In this document: one piece after another, positions 10,236 through 18,422 of the stretch
Layout of the letters: the number at the start of each line of letters is the position of its first letter
Position numbering within the stretch: the stretch's first letter is position 1
IMG/VR virus record: IMGVR_UViG_2706795930_000001
Location: 28,581-92,580 of that record
DNA: 64,000 bases
Direction: 5' to 3' (one strand)
Origin: a virus
Lineage: Duplodnaviria; Caudoviricetes
The notes under the pieces: model-generated
Told to the model about the DNA's origin: nothing
Databases searched by the model: none
The model's input: only the letters and a program-made list of their open reading frames with translations
Made by a program: the position numbers and the translations under genes

Positions 10236-10939
10236 TGCCTCTGAACCTCATGGTCGGCGGGCAGATGACCGAGCACGTCCCCAAGATCGTGAACCCCAAC
10301 ACCGGCCAGCTCGTCGACCCAGAGCAGCTCGCGATCTGGGACGGCACGAAGTTTGTGCGTGTGTGGCCGCCGGCGCAGCAGGGGGTCGCATACACCGACC
10401 CCCTCGATTCGCTCGCGGCGTTCACGCAGACCAGCACTGGATCTGGCGTCGTCATCAGCAACGGCGAGGCGGCCTGGACCGGAAGCAACAACGGCGAGGC
10501 CACCGTTCTCTACAACCAGGCGGCGCAGACCGACGACCAGTATGTGCGCGGCACGGTCGGCAGCAATACCCGGAACGACCGAGCCTCCGGCCTGATCATG
10601 CACTGTGGGGCCACGCTCGACTCCTGGTACGGCGTACTCGTCGAGAGTGATCGGCTCACCCTGGTCAGCGGGTACGGCCGGTGGCTACAGGACACCTTGC
10701 CGACCTACGGCCAGTACACCGGCTCCGTATCCACCGGCGACGTCATCGAGCTCTGGAACAAGGGCACTACGTTCTACGTGACCCAGAACGGCACCACTCG
10801 ACTGAGCGTGCCCATTCCGGGAATCGCATTCTCCGCCGACCGCCGGCGCCAGGGCTTCGGCATGTACCGGACCGCCTTTTTCAGTTCGGGCCGGTGGGCG
10901 GACTGGGCCGGCGGAGACGCGAAGGCCTTCGGCAAGTAG
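10235..10939 (+). CDS. minor tail protein
   Basis: ATG overlaps upstream TGA; IWDGTKFVRVWPP and beta-sandwich similar to the 4337-6085 domain. Confidence 0.75.
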   Translation: MPLNLMVGGQMTEHVPKIVNPNTGQLVDPEQLAIWDGTKFVRVWPPAQQGVAYTDPLDSLAAFTQTSTGSGVVISNGEAAWTGSNNGEATVLYNQAAQTDDQYVRGTVGSNTRNDRASGLIMHCGATLDSWYGVLVESDRLTLVSGYGRWLQDTLPTYGQYTGSVSTGDVIELWNKGTTFYVTQNGTTRLSVPIPGIAFSADRRRQGFGMYRTAFFSSGRWADWAGGDAKAFGK

Positions 10940-10952
10940 GTCCCGCGGGCAG

Positions 10953-11315
10953 CTACCCGGCCGCCGCCTCATACTGCTCGATGATGGCATCGGGGACTCG
11001 ACCCTTCGGGTTGACCTCGATGTCATTGTTCTTTGCCCACTCGCGGACATCCTTCATGGTGTACGAGCCATTGCTGACCGCCCCGCCGCCTCCGTTTGTC
11101 GGGGCGCCTGTGGCGGGCTGTCGCTTCCGTCCGCCGACACGGGTTGCGGTCTCGGTCATCTTCTTGAACTGCTTCTCTAGCTTTGCGAAATTACTCGGGC
11201 TGACCTGGAGTTCGTAGTCGATCCCGAGCCATGAAACCGGCACGCGCACCATGGTTTCCTCGTCGAGCAGCTTGCCGTCCATGTCGTCGTAGTATTCGAT
11301 TCGGTCGCGACGCAC
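10953..11315 (-). CDS. lsr2: Lsr2-like nucleoid-associated protein
   Basis: DDMDG...IDYELQVS N-terminal domain; VREWAKNNDIEVNPKGRVPDAIIEQYEAA C-terminal DNA-binding domain; GTG with AAAGGA SD. Confidence 0.9.
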   Translation of the reverse strand: MRRDRIEYYDDMDGKLLDEETMVRVPVSWLGIDYELQVSPSNFAKLEKQFKKMTETATRVGGRKRQPATGAPTNGGGGAVSNGSYTMKDVREWAKNNDIEVNPKGRVPDAIIEQYEAAAG

Positions 11316-11359
11316 GTCTATATCCTTTCGGTAAGTTTCATTAGCCACCCTACAAATCG

Positions 11360-11396
11360 GCCCCGGACGGATCTCACTGGGTGATCCGGCCGGGGC
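11360..11396 (-). terminator. GC hairpin between mini-ORF array and lsr2 (putative attenuator/terminator)
   Basis: GCCCCGG-CCGGATC/GATCCGT-CCGGGGC inverted repeat; weak U-tract. Confidence 0.5.
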
Positions 11397-11397
11397 A

Positions 11398-11418
11398 CTA
11401 TGGTGGCTCTTCCTGCAC
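11398..11418 (-). CDS. mini-ORF 4: MQEEPP
   Basis: GAGGA-6 nt-GTG CAG GAA GAG CCA CCA TAG. Confidence 0.35.
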   Translation of the reverse strand: MQEEPP

Positions 11419-11427
11419 TTGCGGTCC

Positions 11428-11481
11428 TCACGTTGCACGGCGATTGTCGAGTGCTCGTGATGGTGGGTCTCGGGCGTTCAT
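11428..11481 (-). CDS. mini-ORF 3: MNARDPPSRALDNRRAT
   Basis: GAGAGGAG SD, ATG, TGA. Confidence 0.55.
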   Translation of the reverse strand: MNARDPPSRALDNRRAT

Positions 11482-11490
11482 ATTCTCCTC

Positions 11491-11538
11491 TCACTGTCGG
11501 GCCGGCGATTCGTTTCCTGGTGGGTCTCGTGCGTTCAA
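11491..11538 (-). CDS. mini-ORF 2: MNARDPPGNESPARQ
   Basis: GGAAGGAG SD, TTG, TGA. Confidence 0.55.
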   Translation of the reverse strand: MNARDPPGNESPARQ

Positions 11539-11556
11539 TCCGTCTCCTTCCTCTCG

Positions 11557-11604
11557 TCATCTCTGTCGGGGCGGGTGGGCTGGTGGGCCTCTCGGGTTGA
11601 ACAT
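11557..11604 (-). CDS. mini-ORF 1: MFNPRGPPAHPPRQR
   Basis: GAGG SD, ATG, TGA. Confidence 0.5.
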   Translation of the reverse strand: MFNPRGPPAHPPRQR

Positions 11605-11665
11605 GAACCTCATCTCTAAGTGACTGTGTTGCGTAACTTGTGAGACAGACATTAGACGAGGTTTC

Positions 11666-11745
11666 CGAGACATGCAACAGGTGGGCCAGTGTTTGCTGCG
11701 TCACTATCCGAAGAAGGGGTCCGACTGGCACTGTTGCGTGTCTCA
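11666..11745. promoter_or_regulatory. divergent promoter region with two outward-facing 14-bp operator motifs
   Basis: CGAGACATGCAACA 11666-11679 (-) and TGTTGCGTGTCTCA 11732-11745 (+). Confidence 0.7.
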
Positions 11746-11803
11746 TGCGTGCTAGGTTAGAGTCGCCAACGACGCCAGATCACGTACACGAGGAGGCACA
11801 CAC

Positions 11804-12115
11804 TTGCCAGAAGCGCAGCGCAGGAACATCGAAGACCTCAGCGCCCCAGAGATTTACGCGGGGTTCGAGGCGGTCCTCACATGGATGGACGCCGCCGGCC
11901 GTATCGTCAGCATGCTCGACGGCTTCGGCGAGAACCAGCCCGCAGAACGCATCGAGGCGGTGCTCGATCGACTCAACACCGTCATCAACAACGCGGTCGA
12001 GGGGGTTCCCAATAGCACCCCGATCAAGGACGCGAAGGCCCCGGTTCTGGTCAGCGATGGCCGCGAGCACGACATCGTGGTCGACCTGATGGCGCGCAGG
12101 GGGCCCAGTGCCTGA
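11804..12115 (+). CDS. hypothetical protein
   Basis: TTG with GAGGAGG SD; first gene of operon. Confidence 0.65.
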   Translation: MPEAQRRNIEDLSAPEIYAGFEAVLTWMDAAGRIVSMLDGFGENQPAERIEAVLDRLNTVINNAVEGVPNSTPIKDAKAPVLVSDGREHDIVVDLMARRGPSA

Positions 12116-12368
12116 GATGCCTGCGCTTCCAGACGGGATGCGCTGGGAGATAAAGCGGTCCAACTCGCGTGCGTTCACCCATGCGCTTTGCCTGCAGTCC
12201 GCCGACCCCGGCTATTGGTTCACCCTAGAGTCGCGCCACTTCGATGTCGGCGCCGACGAACGCGAGAACGCCGAGGAGATCTTGAGCCTGGCGGAAGAGA
12301 TCCTCGCACACCTGACACCAAACTTCGGCGGCCTCACCGGATTCCACATGGACGGCAAGAAGTATTGA
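12108..12368 (+). CDS. hypothetical protein
   Basis: Overlapping start, coding-like codon use. Confidence 0.6.
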   Translation: MPEMPALPDGMRWEIKRSNSRAFTHALCLQSADPGYWFTLESRHFDVGADERENAEEILSLAEEILAHLTPNFGGLTGFHMDGKKY

Positions 12369-12547
12369 GCCCGTCGCTCGGTCCGATCACTCAGATCTTC
12401 ACCCACGACGAGAAGCGACGCCTGGGTCGATGCCAGGACTGTGAGTGGCACCTGCGCACCCAGGGCCACCACCCGCACTGCACGCAACGCAAGCCGAAAC
12501 CGAGGAAAGGAGGAGGACGCCAATGGCCACGATCGCAGAAGCGGTAG
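12365..12547 (+). CDS. small Cys/His-rich protein
   Basis: TTGA overlap; CxxC...HHPHC. Confidence 0.5.
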   Translation: MSPSLGPITQIFTHDEKRRLGRCQDCEWHLRTQGHHPHCTQRKPKPRKGGGRQWPRSQKR

Positions 12548-13908
12548 CCGCCCAGTCATCCTCGTCGCCATCACAGGGCGGGGGACCACGACCAACGGTC
12601 ACCACGCCCGACAATCCGATTCGCGTCAAGGAGCTGAACGCGAAACTCGGCTCCTGGATCTCGCGACTGGGGCACATCCACGTCGAGGGCCAGGTCACCC
12701 AGATCAACAAGAAGCCCGGACAGCGCACCGCGTACCTCACGCTGCGTGACCCCCAGGCGACCGCGTCCATCAACATCACCACCGACCCGGGCAAGATCCC
12801 TGCCGGACTCACCGACGGCGACCGGGTCATCATCTTCGGCAAGCCCAACCTCTGGCAGGGCCGCGCCAGCCTGTCGCTCCGGGCCCAGTCCATCGACCAG
12901 GTCGGCGAAGGTGATCTCCTCCAGCGCATCGAGAAGTTCCGCCAGGTCCTCCGCGCCGAGGGGGCAACACGCCCCGAGCTCAAACGCCTTCTGCCACTTC
13001 TTCCGCGGCGGGTTGGCCTCATCACCGGCTCGGACTCCGCGGCCCAACGCGATGTCATCGCCATGGCCTCCGAGCGCTGGCCGTCGGTCGACTTCCACGT
13101 CATCAACACTCCCGTCCAGGGACCGGCCACCGAGCGCGAAGTCGTTAAGGCTCTGGCCGCGCTCGACCGCATGCCCGACATCGACGTCATCATCGTCGCC
13201 CGCGGCGGCGGCAGCGTCGAAGATCTCCTGCCGTTCAGCGGCGAGAAGATCGTGCGCGCCGCGATCTCCTGCACCACGCCTGTCGTCTCGGCCATCGGCC
13301 ACGAGCCTGACAATCCCGTCCTGGACGACGTCGCCGACTTCCGAGCCGCAACACCGACCGACGCCGCGAAGAACGTCGTGCCCGACATGGTCGCCGAGCT
13401 GTCCGAGATCCTGGTCAAAGAGGAGAACATCGGGAAGGCGATCGCCCGGAACATCGCAGCCGAGCGGACCGAGCTGAGCATCAAGCACACGCACGTCGAC
13501 AGCCTCGGCGTCGCGATCGTCGGCCGAGAGCGGGATTCCCTGGCCACCAGTCGATCCAGCCTGCAGTGGATCATGGAGCGCAACGTCACGGCCGAGCGCA
13601 ACAGCCTCGTCCGTCTCATCCAGCAGGCGCGCTACTGCAACCCCGGCAACCGCATCGAGAACGAGTACGCCTCACTCGCCGGCATCCGCGAGCACCTCGA
13701 CGCCGTATCCCCGCGGTCCGTCATGGAACGCGGATTCTCCATCGTCGCCGACGCCAAGACCGGCTCGGTCATCACCGCCGGCGACCAGGTGTCCGGCGGC
13801 GCACGACTCACCATCACCTTCGCCGACGGCTCATCCAGAGACGTCATGGTGATGGCCGCTGCCCACGCAATCGTGGGCGTCACAACCGAAGGGAGCGAAC
13901 AGCAATGA
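12523..13908 (+). CDS. xseA: exodeoxyribonuclease VII large subunit
   Basis: OB fold (YLTLRD), VGLITGSDSAAQRD, ARGGGSVEDLLPFS, SAIGHEPD, AATPTDAA, SPRSVMERGFS. Confidence 0.95.
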   Translation: MATIAEAVAAQSSSSPSQGGGPRPTVTTPDNPIRVKELNAKLGSWISRLGHIHVEGQVTQINKKPGQRTAYLTLRDPQATASINITTDPGKIPAGLTDGDRVIIFGKPNLWQGRASLSLRAQSIDQVGEGDLLQRIEKFRQVLRAEGATRPELKRLLPLLPRRVGLITGSDSAAQRDVIAMASERWPSVDFHVINTPVQGPATEREVVKALAALDRMPDIDVIIVARGGGSVEDLLPFSGEKIVRAAISCTTPVVSAIGHEPDNPVLDDVADFRAATPTDAAKNVVPDMVAELSEILVKEENIGKAIARNIAAERTELSIKHTHVDSLGVAIVGRERDSLATSRSSLQWIMERNVTAERNSLVRLIQQARYCNPGNRIENEYASLAGIREHLDAVSPRSVMERGFSIVADAKTGSVITAGDQVSGGARLTITFADGSSRDVMVMAAAHAIVGVTTEGSEQQ

Positions 13909-14081
13909 CGTACGAAGAGGGCAAGGCCAAGCTCACCGCCATCGTCCAGGAGATCGAGCGTGGGGGACTCTCCCTCGACGACCAGCTCGCGAAGTGGAAA
14001 GAGGCCGGCGAGTTGATCGACGAGCTGGAGAAGATGCTCGGCACGTACGAGACCCGCGTCAAGGAAGGGGCTGCAGCGTGA
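13905..14081 (+). CDS. xseB: exodeoxyribonuclease VII small subunit
   Basis: TYEEGKAKLTAIVQEIERGGLSLDDQLAKWKEA; coupled to xseA. Confidence 0.9.
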   Translation: MTYEEGKAKLTAIVQEIERGGLSLDDQLAKWKEAGELIDELEKMLGTYETRVKEGAAA

Positions 14082-14290
14082 ACCCACGTAGCTACACCCG
14101 GTTCATCGTCGTCCCCGGCCTGGCCTTTTGTGCCGTCCTGGGTCTCATCGGCTACACCCAGGCGTCAAGCGGCGGAGGTCAGGTCGCTCTCGCGACCGTG
14201 ACGCTGCTCCTCCTCGTCACATTGCTGGCCGTCAGCTTCATCGTCAGTGGAGTGTTGCGTGTCTCGTACAGAAGGGTCGGCCGCCGATGA
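14078..14290 (+). CDS. 2-TM membrane protein
   Basis: GTGA overlap; two hydrophobic helices; contains an operator motif at 14253-14266. Confidence 0.6.
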   Translation: MNPRSYTRFIVVPGLAFCAVLGLIGYTQASSGGGQVALATVTLLLLVTLLAVSFIVSGVLRVSYRRVGRR

Positions 14291-14508
14291 GCACCATCTT
14301 CACCGCGGCCAATCCGCTCGGCGACTCGATCACCGTGTCGAAGAACTCCGACGGCGAGTTTGAGTTCCTCACCGCGCTCGCGGGGGAGTGGAGTGCTGCG
14401 GTCTACGCGCTCCCGCAGGTCGAAGCCGCCCGCCTGTTCGCCACCGTCTTCGCCGAGATGGATGGCTCCACACAAGCACTGACCCGTACATGGATGGGGG
14501 ACCGATGA
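14287..14508 (+). CDS. hypothetical protein
   Basis: ATGA overlaps. Confidence 0.6.
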   Translation: MSTIFTAANPLGDSITVSKNSDGEFEFLTALAGEWSAAVYALPQVEAARLFATVFAEMDGSTQALTRTWMGDR

Positions 14509-14906
14509 AGTACCTGCACACCCGCTGGCGTCGCAACAGGGACGACGTGGTCATCACGATCGTCGGCGACTCGGAGGCGGGCTTCGACCGCACCAACCGA
14601 TCCCTCCTCGCCCAGAATGTGGACACCCGGCGCAACTTCTGGATCACGCCCGAGGGCCTCTGGAAGAAGTACGAGCAGATCGCCGACACGTCCGACGAAG
14701 AGGTCTTCGCGATCCGCGACGACGACGGCGGACTGGTCATCAATAGGGACGGCGACGAGTTCGAGTTCTACATCGACTTCGACGACATGCCCGCGGTCGC
14801 CTACCTCCTCGACGAGGTCGAGACCACCTACCTCATGTCCTCGCTGTTCGAGCACCTGACCGAGGATGCCCAATCGTCCTTCCTCGGTCTGATCGGAGAA
14901 CGATGA
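14505..14906 (+). CDS. hypothetical acidic protein
   Basis: ATGA overlaps. Confidence 0.65.
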   Translation: MKYLHTRWRRNRDDVVITIVGDSEAGFDRTNRSLLAQNVDTRRNFWITPEGLWKKYEQIADTSDEEVFAIRDDDGGLVINRDGDEFEFYIDFDDMPAVAYLLDEVETTYLMSSLFEHLTEDAQSSFLGLIGER

Positions 14907-15157
14907 CCGACACCACCGCCGGCCTAATCGAAGGCTGGGCCCCGATGCACAGCACACAGCGGAGATTCCACTACTACCGCCAGAAGAACGCCAGCGAGAA
15001 GTTCACCCGGGCGCTATGTGGGAACTGGCGCGCACACCATACCCAGCTCGAATCATTCGAGCTGCAGCCGTACATCCCCGGTGCCCTACACATCTCGCCG
15101 GATGACTGTCTGCGCTGCTCGCGCAAGCTCCGCGCCAACGAGAAGAAGGAATCATGA
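14903..15157 (+). CDS. hypothetical zinc-binding protein
   Basis: H..LCG...CxxC. Confidence 0.6.
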   Translation: MTDTTAGLIEGWAPMHSTQRRFHYYRQKNASEKFTRALCGNWRAHHTQLESFELQPYIPGALHISPDDCLRCSRKLRANEKKES

Positions 15158-15420
15158 CCGCCCCGAAGAAGTACCGCAAGAAGCCAGTCGAGATCGAGGC
15201 GTTGGTGTTCGACGGCACCAACGCCCAGCAGATCGCCGAGTGGACGGGACAGTGGCGCCCCGGCGACATCAAGTGGGGGACTGACTCGGACTTCTTCGTG
15301 ATCGAAACACTCGAAGGCGCGATGTACGCCAACGTCGGCGACTACATCATCCGCGGCGTCCAGGGCGAGTTCTACCCATGCAAGCCGCACATCTTCGCTG
15401 CGACATACGAGGAGGTCTGA
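15154..15420 (+). CDS. conserved phage protein ([10 protein letters not shown]...[16 protein letters not shown] family)
   Basis: Widely seen phage motif. Confidence 0.8.
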   Translation: MTAPKKYRKKPVEIEALVFDGTNAQQIAEWTGQWRPGDIKWGTDSDFFVIETLEGAMYANVGDYIIRGVQGEFYPCKPHIFAATYEEV

Positions 15421-15785
15421 TGCTCTACCGAGTCACGAGCGTGAACGTCACCGACTGGACCGAAGAAGTCGAGGCCGACTCGGTCGAGGATGCCATGTTC
15501 CAGATCGAAGGCGGCGGCTACCTCTGCCATCAGTGCGCGCATGAGCGGAACGACGGCGAGTGGGAGCCGGAGATCGTTTCCGACGTGAACGGCAACGTGC
15601 TGTTCGACAAGGCCGCCGAGGATCAGGCCGAGCTCCGCAACGCCCTCGAAGTCATTCGTGGCGTGCGCGAGTATGCCGAGAAGCTGGCATCGGCGAAGAC
15701 CTGGGATGGGCGAGAGGCTGTCGTCGAACGGGCTCTCGGCCGGAGCATCCTGGAGAAGCTGGAACATCCCGGCGGTGGCGAGTGA
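15420..15785 (+). CDS. hypothetical protein
   Basis: TGATG overlap. Confidence 0.65.
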   Translation: MLYRVTSVNVTDWTEEVEADSVEDAMFQIEGGGYLCHQCAHERNDGEWEPEIVSDVNGNVLFDKAAEDQAELRNALEVIRGVREYAEKLASAKTWDGREAVVERALGRSILEKLEHPGGGE

Positions 15786-16177
15786 TGACCAGCCGGCCGA
15801 AGCGCATCCTCGTCACCGGCGGCCGCGACTGGACCGACAAGTTTGTCATCGAGCGGGCCCTTCATGAGGTCTGGATCGAATCGGGTCGACCACGCGACGC
15901 CATCCTCGTCGAAGGTGAATGCCCCGACGGTGGCGCCGACATCATCGCCCGGGACATCTGGCTCGGACAGAGGTTCCCCGTCGAGAAGGTCCCGGCCAAC
16001 TGGAAGTGGCTCGGGGCCCAGGCGGGCAACGTCCGCAACCAGGTGATGGTTGACCGCGGCGCCGACATCTGCCTCGCCTTTCCGACCACCAAGTCCCGCG
16101 GCACCTGGGACTGCGTTCGTCGCGCCCGGGAGGCCGGGATTCCCGTTCGAGTCTTCCATGAGAGGAGCGCGGCGTGA
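15785..16177 (+). CDS. SLOG-family (YspA/DUF2493-like) nucleotide-binding protein
   Basis: ILVTGGRDW...GGAD...AGNVRNQVMVD...SRGTWDC. Confidence 0.8.
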   Translation: MTSRPKRILVTGGRDWTDKFVIERALHEVWIESGRPRDAILVEGECPDGGADIIARDIWLGQRFPVEKVPANWKWLGAQAGNVRNQVMVDRGADICLAFPTTKSRGTWDCVRRAREAGIPVRVFHERSAA

Positions 16178-16374
16178 GCGCACGATCGATCGAGGTCGCC
16201 AGCACTACCGCCGGAGTCATCGTGGCCATCATCGGCGCACTGAACGCGGCCGCATGGGTGGGGGGCCACGAGTCGATGTACCTCTTCATCGCGGTCTTCG
16301 ACATGGTCGCAGCGAACATCCTCTTCGCCGTCGGTCACTGCCTCAGTGAGAAGTCGACGGGGGACGTCCAGTGA
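16174..16374 (+). CDS. membrane protein
   Basis: Two hydrophobic helices. Confidence 0.55.
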   Translation: MSARSIEVASTTAGVIVAIIGALNAAAWVGGHESMYLFIAVFDMVAANILFAVGHCLSEKSTGDVQ

Positions 16375-16456
16375 CCGGCCTCTGGGTGGTCTTGCTGATC
16401 GCTGGAGCCGTCGTCGCATTCACCATCTGGTGGGTCATCGACCGACGGGAGCAGCG

Positions 16457-16780
16457 GTGACATGGGAGGGGCGGCACGACCGCGTTGAGGGGTTGTACCA
16501 GTTCATCCGCAGCTCATGGCCGGAGTACCACTATGTGTCGCCGCACATGGTCTGGGACAACCCGATCTTCCCGCCGCGGAACCGCCCGGTCGAAGTGCCG
16601 TACGTCCCGGGCGCCCTGCACACGGCGTCCGGCAGAGCGATGGTCGGCGTCGACAAACCGTGGTGGCTGGAGCAGATGGACGAGGTGCGCAAGCTGATCC
16701 CCGATCGAGCACAGTTCGAGCGCGTGCTTCAGGAGGCGAAGAGGAGGTGGGTCGGTGGCCGACGAAGCGACGATTGCTGA
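16457..16780 (+). CDS. hypothetical protein
   Basis: GTG with GGGAG SD. Confidence 0.55.
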   Translation: MTWEGRHDRVEGLYQFIRSSWPEYHYVSPHMVWDNPIFPPRNRPVEVPYVPGALHTASGRAMVGVDKPWWLEQMDEVRKLIPDRAQFERVLQEAKRRWVGGRRSDDC

Positions 16781-17321
16781 AGTCGGCCGACGCCTCATCG
16801 AGAAGCCCATCGTCGGGGCGATGATGACGGCGCCGGCGGCCCATTCTGAACACGTTGGGTGGACGGCCGAGAGGGATCTGTTGGCGCAAGTGGTTGCGGC
16901 CATGGAGTCGCTTCGCGACATAGGGGTTGCGCTCGACGAAGACCCGACAGCAATCTGGCCGCCGCCCATCGCGAAGATCCCCCTCACCCCCGACACGTCG
17001 ACATATCGGAAGGCGACAATGGAAGCACTCGGCATGCCGGTCGACGCCTACGAGTGGAGCAACTCGTCGCGCAAGATCGGCGACTCGGAGATCTCGACGT
17101 GGGGCGGCATGGAACGCACTCTCACCGAGAAGTACCGGACGCTCCATGAGCCCCTTCGGGACTTCTACGCCCACAACACGTGTCCCCACTGCGACAACTG
17201 GGACTGCCACTGGATCAACCTCATTCCGGTACCCGAGGGGCAGCGCGACGAATGGGGGGCTGATGAAGTGCTCGCCCGCATCTGTAGAGCGTGTCACCTG
17301 AGCTGGCGAGAAGCGCCGTGA
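16755..17321 (+). CDS. hypothetical protein with C-terminal zinc ribbon
   Basis: CPHC...CRAC. Confidence 0.65.
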   Translation: MADEATIAEVGRRLIEKPIVGAMMTAPAAHSEHVGWTAERDLLAQVVAAMESLRDIGVALDEDPTAIWPPPIAKIPLTPDTSTYRKATMEALGMPVDAYEWSNSSRKIGDSEISTWGGMERTLTEKYRTLHEPLRDFYAHNTCPHCDNWDCHWINLIPVPEGQRDEWGADEVLARICRACHLSWREAP

Positions 17322-17358
17322 TCAATTACGCGCTTTTCTTCCCCGAGAGTAGGTCGAT

Positions 17359-17763
17359 TTGTCAGGAATGATGCACCGCAATTGTTCCCGCGGATGCTGC
17401 CTCACAGGATCTCGCGCCGGCGACCGCCGAGACGCCCGCCGGGAAATCGACCAGGAATTGTCAGATACCCCTGATTACATGAAAGGCCAGTCGATGGGAA
17501 TCAAGACCCAGCTACTCCTCGACGAGGAGGCAAAGACCTACTCGATCGCAGTGGACCCCAGTTCGACGACCGACGTCGCGATGGACACAATGCCGGGGCG
17601 GAGCACCGCACAAAGCATTGTGCGACAGGAACTCTCACGCCACCTCGCGTTGAGGACCAAGGTCGCCGAGGACGCCGCCGCCGTGGCCGTCACTGGGCTC
17701 ATGGAGTGCTTCCACCTCACACCGAAGACCATCGAAGAGTTCGAGAAGGGGCGGCAGCGATGA
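17359..17763 (+). CDS. hypothetical protein (start uncertain)
   Basis: ORF track; ATGA overlap with next gene. Confidence 0.5.
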   Translation: MSGMMHRNCSRGCCLTGSRAGDRRDARREIDQELSDTPDYMKGQSMGIKTQLLLDEEAKTYSIAVDPSSTTDVAMDTMPGRSTAQSIVRQELSRHLALRTKVAEDAAAVAVTGLMECFHLTPKTIEEFEKGRQR

Positions 17764-17984
17764 CGACCCGGCAAGGACGTTGGGTGCGGTGCGCCTGCGG
17801 GAAGCGCGGGTACGAAACTCGCAAGCAGGCCAAGGAATCTCGCAGCACCATGGGCGGAGCGAAGGGCACGAAGATGAACGCCTACCGCTGCCCCCGGGCC
17901 CCGGAGTCGAACCCCTGGCACCTCGGGCACCTCAACAAGCAGTCGAAGATCTACGGCCGACCACACTGGCTCGCCGACCGCTGA
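17760..17984 (+). CDS. small basic zinc-binding protein
   Basis: CACGKRGY...AYRCP...WHL. Confidence 0.65.
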   Translation: MTTRQGRWVRCACGKRGYETRKQAKESRSTMGGAKGTKMNAYRCPRAPESNPWHLGHLNKQSKIYGRPHWLADR

Positions 17985-17996
17985 CCCACAGACCAC

Positions 17997-18029
17997 GAAG
18001 GCCCCCTGTCATCGCGACAGGGGGCCTTC
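17997..18029. terminator. bidirectional hairpin terminator
   Basis: Perfect 14-bp stem GAAGGCCCCCTGTC/GACAGGGGGCCTTC between the converging operon and tRNA. Confidence 0.8.
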
Positions 18030-18033
18030 TGCG

Positions 18034-18107
18034 TGCCCCGGGCAGGGCTCGAACCTGCGACCTAGTCATTATGAGTGACCGGCTCTAACCGACTGAGCTA
18101 CCGGGGC
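18034..18107 (-). tRNA. tRNA with CAT anticodon (Ile2 or elongator Met), no encoded CCA
   Basis: GCCCCGG acceptor, GCTC D-stem, GGTCA-CTCATAA-TGACT anticodon arm, GCAGG-TTCGAGC-CCTGC T arm, discriminator A; C4/C5 acceptor pairs hint at Ile2. Confidence 0.92.
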
Positions 18108-18130
18108 GCCGGACTACCGTACCGCGAGCG

Positions 18131-18409
18131 TGCCCGCAGTTGCCCGCAGCCCCGCCCTCATTTTGCAGCCCGCCCTCATTCGAGATTGCGGCAACATTGC
18201 GGGCAGGAGGCCCTCGGGAGCCCCGGAAAGCTCGTCTACCAGGCCAGACTGTGCGCCGAGGTTTCTTCTAGCGAAGGATTATGAGTTCGTGGCATAATGA
18301 ATGCATACGCTGCATCTTCCTGTCAAACGTGCAGGTCAAGAGGCATATTGTATGATCTAGGTATGACAAAGAGTGCCTTGAGATTGCGGGCAACATTGCG
18401 GGCAGAGGA
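18131..18409. other. putative attP: arm-type repeats flanking a short tRNA-anticodon-like core
   Basis: TGCCCGCA pair 18131-18149; GAGATTGCGG(G)CAACATTGCGGGCAG at about 18182 and 18380; GGATTATGAGT 18276-18286; next to integrase. Confidence 0.65.
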
Positions 18410-18422
18410 GATAGCCGTGGGG

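Noticed and set aside
6984-10939. Diversity-generating retroelement targeting the tail fibre
   Set aside because: No reverse transcriptase and no template/variable repeat pair seen in the window
11398-11604. Repeats TGGTGGGTCTCG...GCGTTCA as a mini CRISPR array
   Set aside because: Only 2-3 imperfect copies of about 20 bp, no palindrome, no cas genes; the SD/start/stop pattern explains them better as mini-ORFs
12523-14081. xseAB as flanking host chromosome
   Set aside because: Translationally coupled within a phage operon carrying the phage operator motif
18034-18107. tRNA as a host gene marking a prophage boundary (attL/attR)
   Set aside because: Phage genes continue on both sides and int is central, consistent with an unintegrated genome
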